DNA from: a virus
Taxonomy: Duplodnaviria > Heunggongvirae > Uroviricota > Caudoviricetes
Direction: 5' to 3' (one strand)
DNA length: 43,179 bases
IMG/VR virus record: IMGVR_UViG_2561511241_000008
Location: 1-43,179 of that record
This document shows, piece after piece, positions 40,841 to 43,179 of the stretch. The notes under the pieces are model-generated. The model saw nothing but the letters and a program-made list of their open reading frames with translations. It was not told the DNA's origin and made no database searches. Made by a program: the position numbers and the translations under genes. The stretch's first letter is position 1. The number at the start of each line of letters is the position of its first letter.

Positions 40841-41223
40841 TGGCACATTCGATTACTGTAAGACTAAACAAACCCGCAAGAGAGTTTCAGGCCGGGGAAA
40901 ATATCGGATTCAACATCCGTGCTGGCGTTCAGTATTACGATCGCCAGACAAAAAAGAAAGAATGGACAAACTACAGCGCCGTTGTATTTGCCAAGCCGGG
41001 AGCGCAAGCGGATTACTACCGTAGTGTTCTTGTTGAAGGTGGCATTGTTGAAATTACCGGAGAAAACATCAGGGTTGATGTTTATCAGGGGCAAAATGGT
41101 CAATCAATCACTCTTGAATTACTGAATGCAAAGATTGGATTTGCAACTTCAGGAAACAGCCAACAGCAGCAAAGTAGCAATCATCAAAATCATCCTGAAT
41201 ACGACGATTCAATTCCCTTCTAA
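40840..41223 (+). CDS. ssb: Single-stranded DNA-binding protein (SSB-like)
   Basis: OB-fold-length protein with Gln/Ser-rich linker and acidic C-terminal tip DDSIPF; TAATG coupling to erf. Confidence 0.7.
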   Translation: MAHSITVRLNKPAREFQAGENIGFNIRAGVQYYDRQTKKKEWTNYSAVVFAKPGAQADYYRSVLVEGGIVEITGENIRVDVYQGQNGQSITLELLNAKIGFATSGNSQQQQSSNHQNHPEYDDSIPF

Positions 41224-41246
41224 AGTAGCAACATAAGGATTCCATT

Positions 41247-41540
41247 ATGCCAGCGCCTCTGTATGGTGCGGACGACGCGCGCCGCTGTTCCGGCAATTCC
41301 GTGTCGGAGGTGCTGGATAAATTCAGAAAAAACTACGATCGGATAATGTCGCTACCGCAGGAAACGAAAGAGGAAAAGGAATTTCGCCATTGTATATGGC
41401 TTGCAGAGAAAGAAGAACGCGAGCGAATTTACCAGACATCAATCCGACCATTCCGCAAAGCCACATATACCCACTTCCCTGAAATTGACCCGCGCCTGCG
41501 TAATTACCGCTCACGCTATGGCGCTATCAGTAATGACTGA
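41247..41540 (+). CDS. Hypothetical 97-aa protein
   Basis: ORF only. Confidence 0.4.
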   Translation: MPAPLYGADDARRCSGNSVSEVLDKFRKNYDRIMSLPQETKEEKEFRHCIWLAEKEERERIYQTSIRPFRKATYTHFPEIDPRLRNYRSRYGAISND

Positions 41541-41550
41541 GGAATTTACA

Positions 41551-41715
41551 ATGAGAGGACTTGCATACAATCCCGGCATTCTTCCGGCAGAAATGATTAT
41601 TCGCCAACGCGTAAAGCCAATGCCATCGAGAGAGGAATTGCTTAAGAGAAATTCTTTTCCATCAGTGAATCAAAACAAATATCTGAATGCGATGTTGCGG
41701 AGTGGGAAGAAATGA
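41551..41715 (+). CDS. Hypothetical 54-aa protein
   Basis: GAGG before ATG at 41551. Confidence 0.3.
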   Translation: MRGLAYNPGILPAEMIIRQRVKPMPSREELLKRNSFPSVNQNKYLNAMLRSGKK

Positions 41716-42404
41716 AACAAATGTCACTAATTGAGATGGATGGATTCCTGAAAGGTAAATGCATCCCACGAGATTTAAAGGTTAACGAAACAAACGCTGA
41801 ATATCTTGTCCGTAAGTTCGGTGAACTTGAATCAAAACTCAACGAGCAGCGTGAGTATTACGAGGGCGTTATCTCGGATGGGAGTAAGCGTATTGCTGAA
41901 CTGGAGAAAAGCGAAGAGCAACTCATCAACGAGCGTGACCATGCTGAGTATGCTTTAGCTGATATGTATTTTGCAGCAACCGGGAACAGGCCGGAATGGA
42001 GTAACTGTTTCAGTTTTTCAGATGCAGTAGATGCCGTAGTTGACAGAATTGCTGATTTAGAAGCTAAACAGCCATCGCCAGTAGTACCGGAAGAAAAACC
42101 AATGCCGAACCCTCCTAGCATGTATGCGGTTGATGCGGTTGCAGCTATTGCAGAGGTGAGAGGCTGGAACGCCTGTCGTGCCGCCATGCTTCATGGTGCC
42201 AAACCTGTAAGCCAGACTTACAAGTTGAACAAGCTGTCGGGCAACTCTCCGGAAACTCCGGATGGTTGGGTTATGGTGCCGAAGGAACCAACTCAGGCCA
42301 TGATTAAAGCGTGGCTATCAGAGATTGCTAACTTTCGCGGTCATGCTGCTGGTTACAGGGCTGCTCTTGAGGCAGCACCACAACTGGAGGTTAACCGTGG
42401 CTAA
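41712..42404 (+). CDS. Hypothetical 230-aa protein
   Basis: ATGA overlap with preceding ORF. Confidence 0.5.
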   Translation: MKQMSLIEMDGFLKGKCIPRDLKVNETNAEYLVRKFGELESKLNEQREYYEGVISDGSKRIAELEKSEEQLINERDHAEYALADMYFAATGNRPEWSNCFSFSDAVDAVVDRIADLEAKQPSPVVPEEKPMPNPPSMYAVDAVAAIAEVRGWNACRAAMLHGAKPVSQTYKLNKLSGNSPETPDGWVMVPKEPTQAMIKAWLSEIANFRGHAAGYRAALEAAPQLEVNRG

Positions 42405-42681
42405 CCTACAGCTTGCTGTCAAAGGTGAATACTTCGATGCCATGATTCGCGGAGAGAAAACGGAAGAGTATCGCCTGTGTAATGACTACTGGAATAAGCG
42501 AATTATGTTCAGGGATTATGACCGACTGATTATCACAAAGGGATATCCGAAGCGCGACGATTCCAGCCGCAGAATTGATGTTCCGTATGACGGATATGAA
42601 ATCAAGACAATCACACATCCCCACTTCGGCGATAAACCGGTAAAGGTATACGCGATAAAGGTGAATATCGGCAATGAATAA
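42397..42681 (+). CDS. ASCH-like small protein
   Basis: GTG start after GGAGG; AVKGEYFDAMIRGEKTEEYR resembles ASCH-domain N-terminal motif. Confidence 0.4.
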   Translation: MANLQLAVKGEYFDAMIRGEKTEEYRLCNDYWNKRIMFRDYDRLIITKGYPKRDDSSRRIDVPYDGYEIKTITHPHFGDKPVKVYAIKVNIGNE

Positions 42682-42753
42682 CAATCCTCGCACTCGCGGG
42701 GATTTCTTTTATCTGAACTCGCTACGGCGAGTTTTGTTTTATGGAGATGATAA

Positions 42754-42921
42754 ATGCACTTCCGAGTCACAGGCGAATGGAATGGAGAGCCATTCAACAG
42801 AGTTATCGAAGCAGAGGACATCAATGACTGCTATAACCACTGGATGATATTGGCGCAGATAGCAAATGCAGACATAACCAATATTCGAATTGAAGAACTG
42901 AAAGAACACCAAGCCGCCTGA
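42754..42921 (+). CDS. Hypothetical 55-aa protein
   Basis: GGAG 7 nt before ATG; followed by short hairpin plus T6. Confidence 0.3.
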   Translation: MHFRVTGEWNGEPFNRVIEAEDINDCYNHWMILAQIANADITNIRIEELKEHQAA

Positions 42922-42943
42922 TTGCGGTTTTTTATTACCTGAT

Positions 42944-42959
42944 TTGCAGGTTCGATTCC
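42944..42959. repeat. 16-bp copy of argW T-arm segment (TTGCAGGTTCGATTCC), copy 2 of 2
   Basis: exact match to 1054-1069; flank does not continue into tRNA 3' end. Confidence 0.8.
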
Positions 42960-42978
42960 CTATTCGGAGATAGCACTC

Positions 42979-43179
42979 ATGCAACACGAACTACAGCCTG
43001 ATTCACTGGTTGATTTGAAATTCATCATGGCCGATACTGGCTTTGGTAAAACCTTCATCTACGACCGGATTAAGTCCGGCGACCTGCCAAAAGCCAAAGT
43101 TATCCACGGTCGAGCAAGATGGTTATATCGTGACCATTGTGAATTCAAAAATAAGCTCTTAAGCCGCGCCAATGGGTAA
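42979..43179 (+). CDS. torI: AlpA/TorI-like excisionase (recombination directionality factor) candidate
   Basis: 66 aa, small basic DNA-binding protein of AlpA type; resembles E. coli KplE1 TorI as I recall it; stop at window edge. Confidence 0.55.
   Translation: MQHELQPDSLVDLKFIMADTGFGKTFIYDRIKSGDLPKAKVIHGRARWLYRDHCEFKNKLLSRANG

Noticed and set aside
42944-42959. 16-bp repeat considered as the right attachment site
   Set aside because: The flank lacks the tRNA 3' end expected at a junction, and the excisionase-like gene lies outside it; kept only as an unexplained T-arm copy.

Overview
The window holds the chromosomal yfdC–tRNA-Arg(CCU) argW junction followed by a roughly 42-kb mosaic lambdoid prophage that runs to, and probably past, the right edge. 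All protein identifications are from reading the ORF translations and recalling known phage proteins, not from a database search. The prophage combines a KplE1/CPS-53-type integrase next to argW, P22-like virion genes on the minus strand, a lambda-like lysis cassette, Q, nin region, cII/cro/cI and operators, and a P22-type N with matching nut sites. The plus-strand pL operon carries cIII, kil, Erf and SSB and ends with an AlpA/TorI-like excisionase candidate at the window edge. An IS629-like element interrupts the portal gene. The most interesting accessory cargo is: (1) a ClpP/SppA-fold peptidase-like gene plus an overlapping small ORF in the slot where lambda carries rexAB; (2) a Panacea (DUF4065)-type antitoxin-like gene coupled to a 140-aa partner; (3) a DUF2829 (Tad2-like) protein in the lysis–terminase moron locus; (4) small membrane proteins co-oriented with mnt. 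No CRISPR array or rRNA was seen.
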